Source: Phoronis australis
Lineage: Eukaryota > Animalia > Phoronida
Assembly: GCA_002633005.1 (NCBI GenBank)
Contig: NMRA01000185.1
Location: 1 to 50,576, forward strand
Length of the DNA: 50,576 bases
Reading direction: 5' to 3'
Positions 1 through 11,999 of the stretch are shown here, in pieces. The notes under the pieces are model-generated. The model had not been told where the DNA came from, did no database searches, and was given only the letters and a program-made list of their open reading frames with translations. The translations under genes were made by a program, and so were the position numbers. How positions within the stretch are numbered: position 1 is the first letter of the stretch; every line of letters begins with the position of its first letter.

Positions 1-1230
1 CACATAGAGGGTATGACCATTTTTCATGTTTTCACTGGGAACAGAGTTGAAGTTCTCTTGCAGGAACTGTCTTGCTATGCCAGATTGAGATGGAGCTGAC
101 AACTTTTTTTGGAGGCATTCTGACAATATAAAAAAGACATGTAAGAAAATTAACATACCAATGTACAGTGTCATAATATATTTGTTGTACACCAAATGAT
201 TCAGACTGCCTTGTCCTGTAATTACTATTAAACACTCACTACGAACCCTAAAACTAAAGTTTGAATTTTTTACACTATTGTGCAACAAAGTGAAAAACAT
301 TCTACTTAGATGAGCAACACACAACAAAAAATTATACTTTTTATGAGGCATTGATTTATCATTTTTAAAAAAATTGAACAGTTCCTTTCCTTAATAAGTG
401 TACTTCAAGAACTTGAAAACTACAAATGTAAAATTCTCGAGTTGTGGACACAATATCATGTCAGGCCAGTGGAATTATATTTTGTCAAATACCTCAAGAA
501 GGTAAAGGAATCGATGTACCTACTCAATGATTTTCCAGGCACCAACTTAACTTTTGAAAGAATGACAATATTAGTAACTATTCTTGTCCCAAACTGAAGA
601 ATTTTTTTAACGTGTTTGATTAGAAAATCATTACATGTTATTCAATGAAAAAATCAACAAAAGCACTCCTGTCATATGGAATTCACAAACTGGTTTTATT
701 TCATAAAAAAACAGTAAAACATGGCAATATTGTGAAGAAAATCTAGCCAAAATCACACTTAAACATTATCAAAGAATTCGGGTTTTGAGCCAATCAAATC
801 TCTGGGATTTGATCACGTGACCAAAATTCGCCGGACCAGGATTACGTATACTACACCTTACAAAGTCATCGATATACAAAAAATACACAAGAAAATGTAT
901 GGAACTTCATCCAAATTGATCAATTCTGCTATTAATTTACATAAACTAGTCAATCTACCTAATTTAAGAGCAATTGTTAACCATAAACGGCAATGCTGAT
1001 ACACTGGTCCGTAATGGCTGGTCAGCGAGAATGCCTGCCTCGGGTCTTAACTTTTACGGAGTTAGCAGATCATGATACGGTCATTTGATTGAATTGAAAT
1101 TTGGTGAGTAGTTGCAAAAGATATAAAAAAAGAATAAAGAACACATTTCATAAGAAAAAATAACTTACCTTTCTAAATACAAGCAGTCAAACAGGAGCGA
1201 AAAATTCCCCCAACTTCTCACCAGTGACAT
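1..1230 (-). other. Possible 5' end of another minus-strand gene running off the left edge (exon-like segments ending at 1169 and starting at 119)
   Basis: Strong donor AG|GTAAGT at 1168 and acceptor ttttatattgtcag| at 120; one frame is open to the window edge (CLQKKLSAPSQSGIARQFLQENFNSVPSENMKNGHTLYV); no recognisable homology. Confidence 0.25.
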
Positions 1231-1444
1231 GCTTGGACAAGAATGAAAACAACGAAAATGACGTATGCCTAGAAGAATTTACTGTCTACGTCATCAATAA
1301 TGTGGTTCCGTGTTTTCTTGGTTTCTGGAGGAGAGAGAGTGGAAATACTATAGGCACCGTGAAACAATGGCTGTCTAATCGATAATCGCCATTACGCAAC
1401 ATTTGGGAAAAGCCAATCAGCGTTGAGATACGACTTTGTCACGT

Positions 1445-1589
1445 CCCTATTTTAACAGTCTTCTAGCATAAGGTGCTCCCATTTTAACGTTCTCCTAACA
1501 TAAGGTGTTCCCATTTTAACGTTCTCCTAACATAAGGTGCTCCCATTTTAACGTTCTCCTAGCATGAGGTGCTCCCATTTTAACATTCT
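1445..1589. repeat. 32-bp minisatellite, about 4.5 copies
   Basis: Unit CCCATTTTAACGTTCTCCTAACATAAGGTGCT. Confidence 0.9.
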
Positions 1590-3229
1590 AAATTATTTGG
1601 GCTTAGGTTTCAAATAAAAGTGTTTGCGTAAAGATCCGTTTCATGAAGTTTTTAACAAAAATGAAGCGGAAATAGTGCCTTTAATCACCGACTCGATTTC
1701 GTAGTTGGTTTCTTGATGTCAAAGAAGGTCTCTGTTGATGTAAGTCTCCCTGGCACGTGCTGGCGCGTATCACAATGAACTGTTGCCCTACTTACTGCTG
1801 ACTACACCCTTGACCTAGTGGTACTCCACGCACTTAAAACACGACTTACAAAATTAAAACGTTTTAGTGATAATTAAGTACAATTAAACACCGCAAATTC
1901 AGTTGACATCACGAGTGAATGTTTAAATAGCTAACAAGGTAATAGCTTGTATAGGTTATACTGATGAAAAACAACTTTTCACTTAATAATTAATAGGAAC
2001 CTTGCGATTTTGCCGACTCGTAACGTTTACCGTTATTCCACGGCTTCGGTAAATTAATCTAAGTTGAACTTAAGAAAGAATTTTACTGAAACTTTCCATC
2101 TAATTTTTATAGTTATTCATCAATCTCAAAAACGCTTTAAAAATTTTCCATTTAAACGCCTAGTTTTGCGTGTCGTGAGATTGGCTAATTTTGCTACCAT
2201 TTCTTATAAAACACCTTGCGGCGTTTTGTGAGATCTATGCTGTAAGAAAAAAAAGCACGGGACGTGAGGAAGGTGAGGCGGAAGATTTAACGCAATGCCG
2301 AGCGACGGAAAGTGCGGCCTCTGGAGCAGATAGACGTTGGGGGTAAAATTAGAAAATTCAGATGTGATGTAACTATTTTGAAGTAATCATAATACGAGTG
2401 CTGTTCGTTTCCATTCACGAGTTATTTCATTTCTTCCTATTAACAAACTAATCCATATCCCTTGCTCGTTTTCATGGCCCACATTTTATGTCTGCGCTTT
2501 ACAGAACGCTCATGGACGAGAGTCTAACACTGCATACTCTATCTACATAAGTTGCTGCAAACCTGTCTACTGTACAAAAACTAACAAAAACTAACTAAAT
2601 TATGATTTCGATCATTTCTCGCTATAAACAAATACCCCCACACAGTTTCAACTCCAGACGAGGGCTGTTTAAAGATCAGACGATAACTTCGCGTTCTCGC
2701 GACTTTTTGTTAGAGCTCACAAGTCATGAAGTGATTATATGCCACCGCCATGTCCCTTATTCAACAGAAGAGAAACGATGACTTCATTTTGGGCTACTAT
2801 TTATCGTATTTCTTAGGAAGATCAACATTTTAAACACAACTTTTCACAGGAATTCAATTTCAGAAGTCCGGAAGATAGAAAAATCACCAGTTTTGTCCAC
2901 AAATTTTTGATTGATTTCATTCAGAATATTTTGCCTAGAAGTCGTCGTTATTGCGGCAATTGCCCTGCTCCAGACACAGATCAGTGTTGTTGATGTCGAA
3001 GGATTCTGTCTACTGCGATCTGTGTTTAAGTCTGTTTCATGACCAAGTACCTACAGGCGCAGTACGGCCCGCAATGTTTCTAATATAACTAATGAATGCA
3101 CATGCGCGAGTAGACCAACTCGATCATAAATGAAGACATTGACAAAGTGATGGCCCTCATTCGAATAGCAGTACAACACATTATCTTCTAATTACTGCTC
3201 TATACAAGCGATGTCACGAGATGGCGCTG

Positions 3230-3392
3230 GTTAATAAATGTACAACTTCTCGCACGTTGTCTTGCGATTACGGCATCGACTGAAGTTATATCTCGAGATG
3301 TACAGCACTTTTGAATAAATGAACAACTTACTGCACTTAACCTTGCGATTGCGGCATTTACTGAAGTGATATCTCGTGATATACAAGCCATT
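3230..3392 (-). repeat. 81-bp tandem duplication covering the 3' end of PLA2 exon 4 and its donor region
   Basis: aataaat at 3233 and 3314 gives an 81-bp period; [24 protein letters not shown] versus LYISRYNFSRCRNRKTTCEKLYIY. Confidence 0.9.
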
Positions 3393-3465
3393 TGGATTCC
3401 CTTTGAATCCACAACGCTTGCTGTGGACGATTCTATCATAGCACTGGTCATGAACGTAGCAGCAT
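3332..3465 (-). CDS. PLA2 exon 4 (catalytic His-Asp helix)
   Basis: gtgttctag| acceptor, |GTAAGT donor; (R)CCYVHDQCY...KVKC; lies within ORF 3231..3695. Confidence 0.92.
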
Positions 3466-6400
3466 CTAGAACACATTTGAGAAAAAAAATACAGTAAAGA
3501 AAACACCGGAGAAGTGCTAAATAGTCGTACAAGGGCCGATGAGTGAGACATACATCTCTCAACTGAGCCATAAGTAGTAAACCCCTTTATATTTAGACCG
3601 ATTACTTGAATTTTGGACACTGAACTTCTCAGTAAAATGAAAGTTCCATCACGTATATTGAAGACAAATGTTGTTTTGTATGAAACTATTCCCATTATAT
3701 TTCAAGGACCATTTAATTGCATGAATGATTCATAGTTGTTTCAAAGTTACACACATGGCATTCATAATCTATTAAACCAATTTTAGCGGCTGACGTTAAG
3801 GATCTGTCTTCAAACTCTAACTGGGTTGAGGTGAATAATCTACATGTAATTCAAAATTTGGTTTCTGACACTTCATGGACACGAATGGTAATTTATACCC
3901 TTCCTGCTAAAGACTCCGCGCTGTTGCAACAGTACAGTGTTCTGTTTGCATTCAAAGCACACCTCACCTGTTTACATGAACACGTCGGGAATATTTTGCT
4001 GTTTACATTTAAAGCACACTTCGCCTTTTACATGAATGCCGACAACAAAATTTTTCTGTTTGCATTCCAAAGTACACTTTTACACGAGCATGTTGAGAAT
4101 ATTTTGCTGTTGATGTTCATTCAAAGCACACTTCGTTATTTACATAAACACATCGGGGCTGGGTTGCATAAAACGTCAAAATTATCAGCTTGATAAGTTT
4201 GATTGTTGCATGACGTTAGGTGCATTGTTCAACAATAACAACATGATGCGTGATAATGCGACGTCATTATTGCTATACGGTGTATAACTTTTATGCAACT
4301 GGGCCCAGGAATACATAAACACGTCGGGAATATCTTGCTGTTCACGTTCATTCAAATCACTTTTCGCCTTTTTACATGAACACATACACGTACATTTAAA
4401 CCACATTTTGCCACTATACATGAACATGTCGGCTATCTTGTTCTGTTTGTTACACTTCGCCTCGAATCGGAAATATTTTGTTATTTGTGTACACTTAAAC
4501 CATCCTTCTCCTTATTAAACGTTGACAATGTTCTGTTTGCATTCAAAGCACATATTTTCGACTTTTCACACGAACACGTCGGCAATGCTTTTTGATCACT
4601 ATCCGTAGCGCTTCATCAGACTTGATAAGTTGTGAGCTTCATATCTTGAAACCAAAGATGTATACAGTTCAAACTCACTGACTTGAATAATTACGTCGCA
4701 CGACTGTCCTAGGGCGAATCGTGACCAATGGTACACGAAAGGCTTGGGAAGATAAAAATATGCGTGAAGCTGTCAACAAAGTATGATCTAGGCCTTGAGT
4801 ATAATTTCTGTTCTTAAAATAATTGAAAATTTGACTAATGGCATGGCACGCTTTTAGTAAACTGACGAATTTGAAAAATTGACGTGAATGGTTAAACGTC
4901 GAGCATAAGCTAAGTTCGGAGCCTTGTTTAAGTCAACCTGGAGCCCTGTGGACGCCAAGTAAAAGGAGTAATTTAACCTTTAGTGCTATTTTCCAGGAAA
5001 TTGAAGGGATCCCGGATTGGTAAAACTCGACAACGTGCTTGTGTGTGCCCGTGTCAAGAGAGGCATCAGCCGTGGGCCGTAGGCAACAGGAGGCCAGTAA
5101 TGCCACTTCTATGACGTCTGCAGTGTAATACTATTACGATGTTTTCGATCGTAATCCATTGTGTTTCATGAAAATAAAAGGAACTCATGCTTAAACGTGC
5201 ACATTTTTATGAAAAATTTCTCTTAAATTGGGCTAATTGCAATGCGTTGCAACCTGGGTCAATTTTCTATGAACAGGGGGAACGCAGAAAAATGAGTTCG
5301 ACCAAGGGGAGGGTTTTTAAGTAAGAGGCATCGTTAACGCTTAGGAGACGAAACGATAAACCTGGTGCGTAAAACATGACGGTGAGATTCACTTTGAAAA
5401 TGAAGCGCTCGCCTGTGTTAGGCTACTGTATAGCCTACAGTATTGTCAGGAGATCGCTCAGAATTCCTGAAAAATCGTTACCTATCAAGTCCATCAACAG
5501 GAGTAGAGCCATGGCCGCCTCTGCCGCAGAAACAGCCGTAGTCTAAGTACTTGAGGCCTTGGATGACGTTTTTGCCTGTAGTGCACATCACCAGCTTTGG
5601 GTATCCGTAAAAGATGGAACGCTTTCTGCTATCGATGGCAGTATCTGCGAGAAAAACAGTAGAACGTATTGATTATAACTAAGCTCACATGTTGAATGTT
5701 GGTACTTGATATACAAAGCAGCACGTCATCAACTTGATACTTGTAGTTATAGAACACTCACATGTGATGAATTTCACCACAGTCAACGTCAGTTACAGTT
5801 GATCTTAGAACTTTGTTTTACATTTTAATTTAGAAATTATTAAAAGTTGCTAGAAATTCGTCCTGCGTAAAAACTTTTGATTTAGACTACGTAGCGTTTC
5901 AAACTTGCTTGAAGTGATTCATGAGTTTTAGAAGAATTGACTTCAGATCAGGCTGACTCAAAGTTGAGTTGTCACGGCGGGCCATTTTATGAGCTGAAGC
6001 TAGCATTGCTCATGCTGCTGAGGTCCGAGATGATACCATAACCCCCACTTAGCACCCATCACTTCAACTTGACTGACGTAGCTGCAGCCATGTCAACATG
6101 GCTGCTGTTCCCACGCAACTCCAGCTGGTCACGTGGCCCATGTGAGCATTTTTGAGATATTGGCTTTCTCCGAAATTGTGCTGGAGTTCTCAAACATGAT
6201 CCTAGAAAATTGTCAGACTCACAGAAGTCTTATTGTTGACTTTCTAACATTCGTAGCAAAATAAACACTTATTCATGATAACAGCAAAGACGCTTTATGG
6301 GATAAAGTCCAACTATAACATACTTTATTTTTCTTAATAAGCATTAAAAAGAACTATACAACACTGCTTTCCTATTGGGTCCTCGTCAGAACGAAAATAG

Positions 6401-8494
6401 CCACAATGTACCCATTTTTGACACATTTACAATATGTTGTATTTCCATGCACGCTCTGGTAGTTTTGGAAAAACTTACTTAATGTAATAAAACATGTTCC
6501 TGAGCTTTCGAATGGTGACACCTAAGAAAAAAATGGGACAAGAGACGAAAGTTTTACTAGGGATAGAACACAAACCAGTTGGCTCACAAATGTGTGCATC
6601 CACAATCGACCCCCACAAATCAAAGTTTCCTGACGATTAGTAATTAAATTAAGTTAAATTAAAAAATAGGAATATCCAGTATTAATTAATGAATATTTCT
6701 GCTTCAAACTTGCATTTTTTTAAATGATAACTTGCCACTTGTTTGCTTTTTCTGCTGTTTCAACTTTTTATCCGCGTTCCAAAAAGCAAGATTTGCGCAT
6801 GCTTGAATAAGTAAACAAGGTGGCACGGGCGCAGAGCAATCTGTTTGCGTCTGAGACTTGAAGGGAACACAATGTAACGGGAAATTTTGTTAAATCGCGA
6901 GGGTGTCGATCGTGAATACAAATTGACCAACAGATTGACATAAGAAAAAATATGTACTTAAATTAGTTTATACTGACTTACTAGTAGAATAAAACTAAGT
7001 TTAGTTTAAGTAATACTTATGTTCAATTAATTCATTTAGTGACACTTGGTGACCAGTAATACAGTATTTTCTTGGCTTTAATTTAATACGTCTTGCGGTG
7101 AAAACTAGGCCAAGCTGGATTGCACTGGTGAGCTGATATATCGTGTGTCATGTCAACAAAGATTTATTGCAGAAAATGGGAACATTTGTTAAGTAAGTAA
7201 TAACACTGATGACGTATATTTTCAAACAGTCATGAAACCATAAAAACCTTAAGTTTTTCACCATTCTTGACTTTATAATATCAGACAGGGACGGGTACAA
7301 TGTTACGCCCAAATAGTACGGGAGACTGGTACTAGTTGCAATTGCACCTAATCATGGGTACACCATGTACGTATCTAAACACTTAGGGCTAGGTGTAGTG
7401 ACAAATGCCTTGTAGAAAAATCTGGATTTCTGGAATACCTTTTACCCAAAGACAAAGTTATGGCAGATAGAGGTTTTACTATTGATGACCTACCCTTTTC
7501 AAGACGAATTAAGTTAAACATACGTCCAGCTTTCACCAAAGGTAAGTCATACCTTAGTCAAAGAGATCTGACAAAAACACCTCGCATTTCCACAGCAAGA
7601 ATCCATGTGGAGCGAGCAATACGAAAACAAAATTTTGAGTACCAGTATTCCAGTGCCAAGCACAAAATCAGTGGATAACTACTTGATTGTGGGTGCTGGG
7701 CTTGTGAACCTACGTGCTGGTCTGATCAGAAATCACAATTTGGAAGACATGGACTAACAGAGTTTGTATGTTCGGCCATTCCAAGTGGTAACATGTACTG
7801 TTTCCTTTTGGGAAAGTTGGTATACAATTTGAGAAATTGCAATTTATACTACAGGTGTAATTGAAGCAAAGCACATGTTCATGTATCGTGCTTCTGTTTT
7901 GGCCTAAAACAAAGTGATTAAAGTCATTGTCAGTTGTGTACAAAACTAGTTTTGCTTTCTTAAGTCCAGTACAAATCATGGTTGTTGATATCATTTTTTA
8001 AATCGACTGCTTGATATGGGTATCTCCAGGACAGTAATGTCGGGCAACTGAACTAAGTGACTCACGAAAACAATCTTAAGAACTTAGGGAAATCATAAGA
8101 AATTCATCACAATGTTGCCATATTAGAAAATGATTATTTGGCTCTGGGATGTTTCTGTGAATTTAAACAATCTTCGTGTTTCGGATAAAAAATGACATTA
8201 AAAATTCATGAGTTTTGAGCTTTCGTTTGCTATGAAACTCTTTTTGCCCTCTTTCAGGGCTGGAGGAGAAGGACATGCACAGTTTGTAGTGATAATAGAG
8301 CACGGTCTCGTGTTCTATCCAAAATCTAAACATTTTTATTACCTGGGGAGTAACTACTTCTGCAACTTTCCCTCGCCAAAAGCATGTATAGGTACTTCAC
8401 GACCTCGTCAATTCAATTTGAGTAGAAAAATAAACTTCAATAACTAAGTTATATTATATACGTATGCATATATGTGTGTATGTAGGTATGTATG

Positions 8495-8525
<31 letters not shown>

Positions 8526-11500
8526 ACATGTATGTATTTATGTATGTATGTATGTATGTATGTATGTATGTATGTATAAACTGTGTATATACTTTAATAT
8601 ACGAGGTCCCACTCGTCAGCCGCCTTCGGGTCCGAAATTGAATTTCTTGCCTATGTCATTTTAATAAGAACAAGTCATTTTAAATAACAAATTGTTCACA
8701 CGTTTCCATAAGAAAAATGATAATTGTAATTTTTGGGCTCAGTAATATAATAATGTTCCATTGCTCGTGGTAAAATTTTAGTTCTTAAGGATTTTAATAT
8801 ATTGTCCAAAAGTTCAAGGAAGCTCTCGCACATGCGTGCACAAGCATACGCAATGCCCGCGCACAAATAAGCCAGTCATATCATTTTTTGTTCAGATGCT
8901 CCAAAGTCCTGAAAATACCCACCATTTCATGTAATTGATAGAACAGAGCGTGACACTACGAGTCAATGTACAGATATTTGTGAGCCTATGTTACCCCGGG
9001 CTTTGGCTAGACTTGTCCTGTCATGAGTCAAATTTCGCCTTTTGGATCTGCTCATTTGAAATGTTAATTGCTGGAACTTCTGTGAAATCATCAATTATTT
9101 ATCAAAAATTAAACTCCCTGAAAGTACCTAAGTTCTCAAATAGTTTTTTCTAAAACTAGGCTGAGACATTGAGGTTTCTATTTTTTGAAAATGGATCAGA
9201 ACTAACCCCGGTCTCCCCTGCTAGTAGTCAAAAATGAGGTCGACAATTCAACTATCAGTCAGTTGTAAAACATTGAGAAGTACTCCGAACATATATTCGC
9301 AAGGAAACACATCGGTTACCGCTACTCGAAAGCTGACAGCTTGCCCTTAGACCTAACGCTCTACACTTAATATATCAAGGGCCAGGCTATTCCCGGCAGC
9401 CATGGACACAAGTCGATGTGTGTGAAAAAATAACTGACGGGTTTGTTGACGAGAAATACCTGAATCGTGTCTCAAGAGTCTCGCTTGATGATTTCATTAT
9501 AAACAAAAATAACAAAACGTAAATGAAGCAATGGTATTAGGTTTCATTTGATGTGTGAAACACTCGACGGATGCGGAAAATAAAATTTCAAAAGCGTTGT
9601 TACGCTTATCAAAATTATAGTTCATTTTCATTTTCTGCAGCAATTTTTCAGAAACATACTAAGTCTTTTTTGATATCCCCCATATCAAAAGTGAAACATT
9701 TAACACTAATTCCGAAAAATATTAGAGGACAATGCATAAAGCATAGTATCTGAAAGTTTTATATGAATCTGAAAAGCTATTTCTGAGATATGATGTTCAG
9801 AAATAAACCACAATGTTAAGATCCCGCGTGAACTTTACTATTGTGCCACTCCGTCCCTAATTTTTCTACCGTGACGGCCTGCTTTACAAAGCTGAGGGTC
9901 ATGTACATTTGCGTCAATAAAAGTTTCGGAAGTGATGTACGTGGCGTATCGGTCACGCGCGTGGCCCGAAAATAATTCAGAGGTGAGATTTATTATTGCC
10001 AGGACATTGAATGTAAGTGTAATTCTCGGAAACAGTACAAGTGAACTTTATACACAAGCTACACTCTTACCTCGTAAATCAAACATTGAGGCGGTGTCAC
10101 CATAACTATCCTCGTCAGCACCTGAAAACGTATTTTACTAATCAATTGGTTAGTCACGCTATAAACTGAGAGTGAACGTGATTAAAGGCCTACTTGACGT
10201 GCAAAGTAAAAAATGGTAGACATTTAGTCCCACTCCAGGAAGTCGTGATGTCGAATATAACAAAAATGAAATACAAATCACTTGATCAAGAGATTACATG
10301 TACGTCAGTACAGCTAGATGGGACCGGGTATAGTTTGGCCTCGGATATCCTCGGGAAAGGTCATATTTAGCACAGAAACAGTATACAGCGTTGAGGCCAC
10401 TTGTGAAAACCAAGTAAACTATTATGTTTACAATAACTGTGAGTTCAAAATACTGAAGTTCTGAATATACTTATCAGATTTGGAAGTAAAAGTTCATAAG
10501 TTCTTCTTGATAGCATACATTGTATTTCTCGCTTCAATTCTAGTTTTCATTACTAGCAAGATGCCTTACGTTTCGCTGAAATATATTTACATTTATGAAG
10601 ATCGACGTGCTCCAAAACGATACAATATTCAAACCCTAAAAGGATATGCGTGGCGATATTCCTTTCAATCCTGGCAGGGACTATTTCTGCATTTTAGTTC
10701 GACCGTATTTGAACACGTGCATGTACATGTGTACTTTGTCCTAAAAAATGTCATTTTTGTTGATTCAAAGATTACAGTTATACTGCTTTGTTCAGTTGGT
10801 CGAGAAAAATCGTTATTGTCAAAGATTTCAATACATTGTCTAAAATTCACGGGAACACACGCGCAAGCACCCGAGTTCACATGTGTTATAGGGTGCGCAA
10901 AGACACCAATCACCTGTGCTGAAAATACAAGTCGAGACGTGTTGGCATGAAACTACTAATTGCACTTCAGTACAAAAATCTGTGGCCGAAGTTAGTGCCC
11001 GGGGCCCGGAACTTGGCCCACCATAGCCAAAATTCCGTTCGCGTAATTGCAATGAAATCAATTGAATATCCAAAAATGACCTTGAAAATTCCTGAATTTG
11101 CAAATAATTTTCAAGAGTGAAGTTGGGAGACTGAAAAATTTCCATTCCCGAAAATGGAGTCGAGGTAGCCCCGGTCTACTCCATCTTTTACTGCATGTCT
11201 ACAAAATGATGGTTACTGTAATTTAAGCTGTCTTGGCACCGAAATTTAACGATTTGTGGTTCTAATGGACGTGTTTGGCTCTGACTGTACTTTACGGTAC
11301 ACTGCTCTCTAGGCGTGAGCGGAAAATTTGTAAATTCGCCTTAAAACAAGTTTGATTCACTCTGAGATCAAGAGTAGGAGTGCAGGTTGGTACAAACATG
11401 GTGTATATGATTTTCCCTAGTACTTTTCCGTGTCCGGCGCTCTCGTCGCTTTTAAATTTCTAAAAATTGTAAATGTTTTATCAGATTGCAAATAAAATGC

Positions 11501-11650
11501 TTTTAGTGGAGTAAATAATTCCAGACTGGTTGCAGGAACGGAGACCTTACCGTATACATCCTTATATCTTGTTAGTTGTGAACATATCGCAGGCTGGAAG
11601 GCAAAATAGCAGAAAGACCCAACGAGCGTCACTAAGAGTGCGGCGGACAT
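3332..11650 (-). CDS. Secreted phospholipase A2 (group I/II-like fold) precursor gene, exons 1-4; terminal exon unresolved
   Basis: join(11650-11551,10121-10071,5644-5482,3465-3332), all GT-AG, phases 1,1,2. Translation: [149 protein letters not shown]. It has a signal peptide, an acidic propeptide ending RKR, the Ca2+ loop YGCFCGRGG and the catalytic DxCCxxHDxCY motif. Confidence 0.88.
3935..4592. repeat. Degenerate ~55-bp minisatellite in PLA2 intron 3, interrupted by a MITE
   Basis: Recurrent CTGTTTGCATTCAAAGCACACTTCGCCTTTTACATGAACACGTCGGGAATATTTTG-like units. Confidence 0.8.
4157..4305. mobile_element. Harbinger-like MITE; truncated relative at about 29130-29255
   Basis: TIRs GGCTGGGTTGCATAAAA / TTTTATGCAACTGGGCC with CGG and CAG flanks (CWG-like TSD); internal homology to 29130-29255. 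Confidence 0.65.
5482..5644 (-). CDS. PLA2 exon 3 (RKR cleavage site, mature N-terminus, Ca2+-binding loop)
   Basis: tttttctcgcag| acceptor, |GTAACG donor; encodes ...[16 protein letters not shown]...[19 protein letters not shown]. Confidence 0.92.
7286..7757 (+). pseudogene. ISL2EU/IS4EU-type (PIF/Harbinger-related, DDE_Tnp_4) transposase C-terminal fragment
   Basis: LVAIAPNHGYTMYVS / RCSDKCLVEKSGFLEYLLPKDKVMADRGFTI / ARIHVERAIRK / DNYLIVGAGLVNL, with frameshifts. Confidence 0.85.
7760..8030 (-). pseudogene. YqaJ-like exonuclease fragment, convergent with the transposase
   Basis: TTMICTGLKKAKLVLYT resembles the YqaJ QxxMxxTGxxxxxxVxYT segment; convergent transposase + YqaJ is the known ISL2EU layout. 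Confidence 0.5.
8159..8577 (+). repeat. Dispersed repeat (~300 bp) plus (TATG)n; inverted copy at 12340-12922
   Basis: Near-identical reverse complements (compare ORFs 8208..8447+ and 12654..12872-). Confidence 0.9.
10071..10121 (-). CDS. PLA2 exon 2 (acidic propeptide)
   Basis: gttttcag| acceptor, |GTAAGA donor; 51 nt, phase 1-1; (G)[16 protein letters not shown] joins exons 1 and 3 in frame. Confidence 0.7.
11551..11650 (-). CDS. PLA2 exon 1 (signal peptide)
   Basis: gccATG start; hydrophobic [24 protein letters not shown]; donor G|GTAAGG, phase 1. Confidence 0.72.
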
Positions 11651-11683
11651 GGCGGGAAATGGCCAAGCGGAACATCGCGAGAT

Positions 11684-11693
11684 AAATATATAT
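11684..11693 (-). promoter_or_regulatory. Candidate TATA-like box of the PLA2 gene
   Basis: ATATATATTT on the minus strand about 35-45 nt upstream of the ATG at 11650; positional inference only. Confidence 0.3.
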
Positions 11694-11999
11694 GATTTGG
11701 TGCGAGATAGGAGTCATGAAAAAACCTGTTCTGCTTGCCTATTGAAAGCAGCCAACAACGTCATCAAACTAGTAATACAACATACAACGTCATCCAACAA
11801 ACGACCTGTCGCAAAGCTTATAAGGCGCTTTATCATATAGGTGATGACACGGCCGTGAAATAATAAGGTTATAACACCGTGAAATATGACAGAACTAAAT
11901 TTTCGTATTTTTTCTAGAGACAATAACCGTTATCATCTCCAAAGAAAATAACGCTGGCAATACCGTAAGGATTACAGTATTTGGCGGACCATGAACAGC

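Noticed and set aside
4585-4625. Hammerhead-like CTGATGA with a hairpin on the minus strand
   Set aside because: No GAAA; the downstream side belongs to the adjacent minisatellite.
8595-8640. Second hammerhead on the minus strand (CTGACGAG-tgggac-CTC)
   Set aside because: The required GAAA is replaced by GTAT and no stem I or III can be built.
10480-10950. 156-aa plus-strand ORF with a hydrophobic start
   Set aside because: Non-ATG start, no recognisable domain, antisense within PLA2 intron 1.
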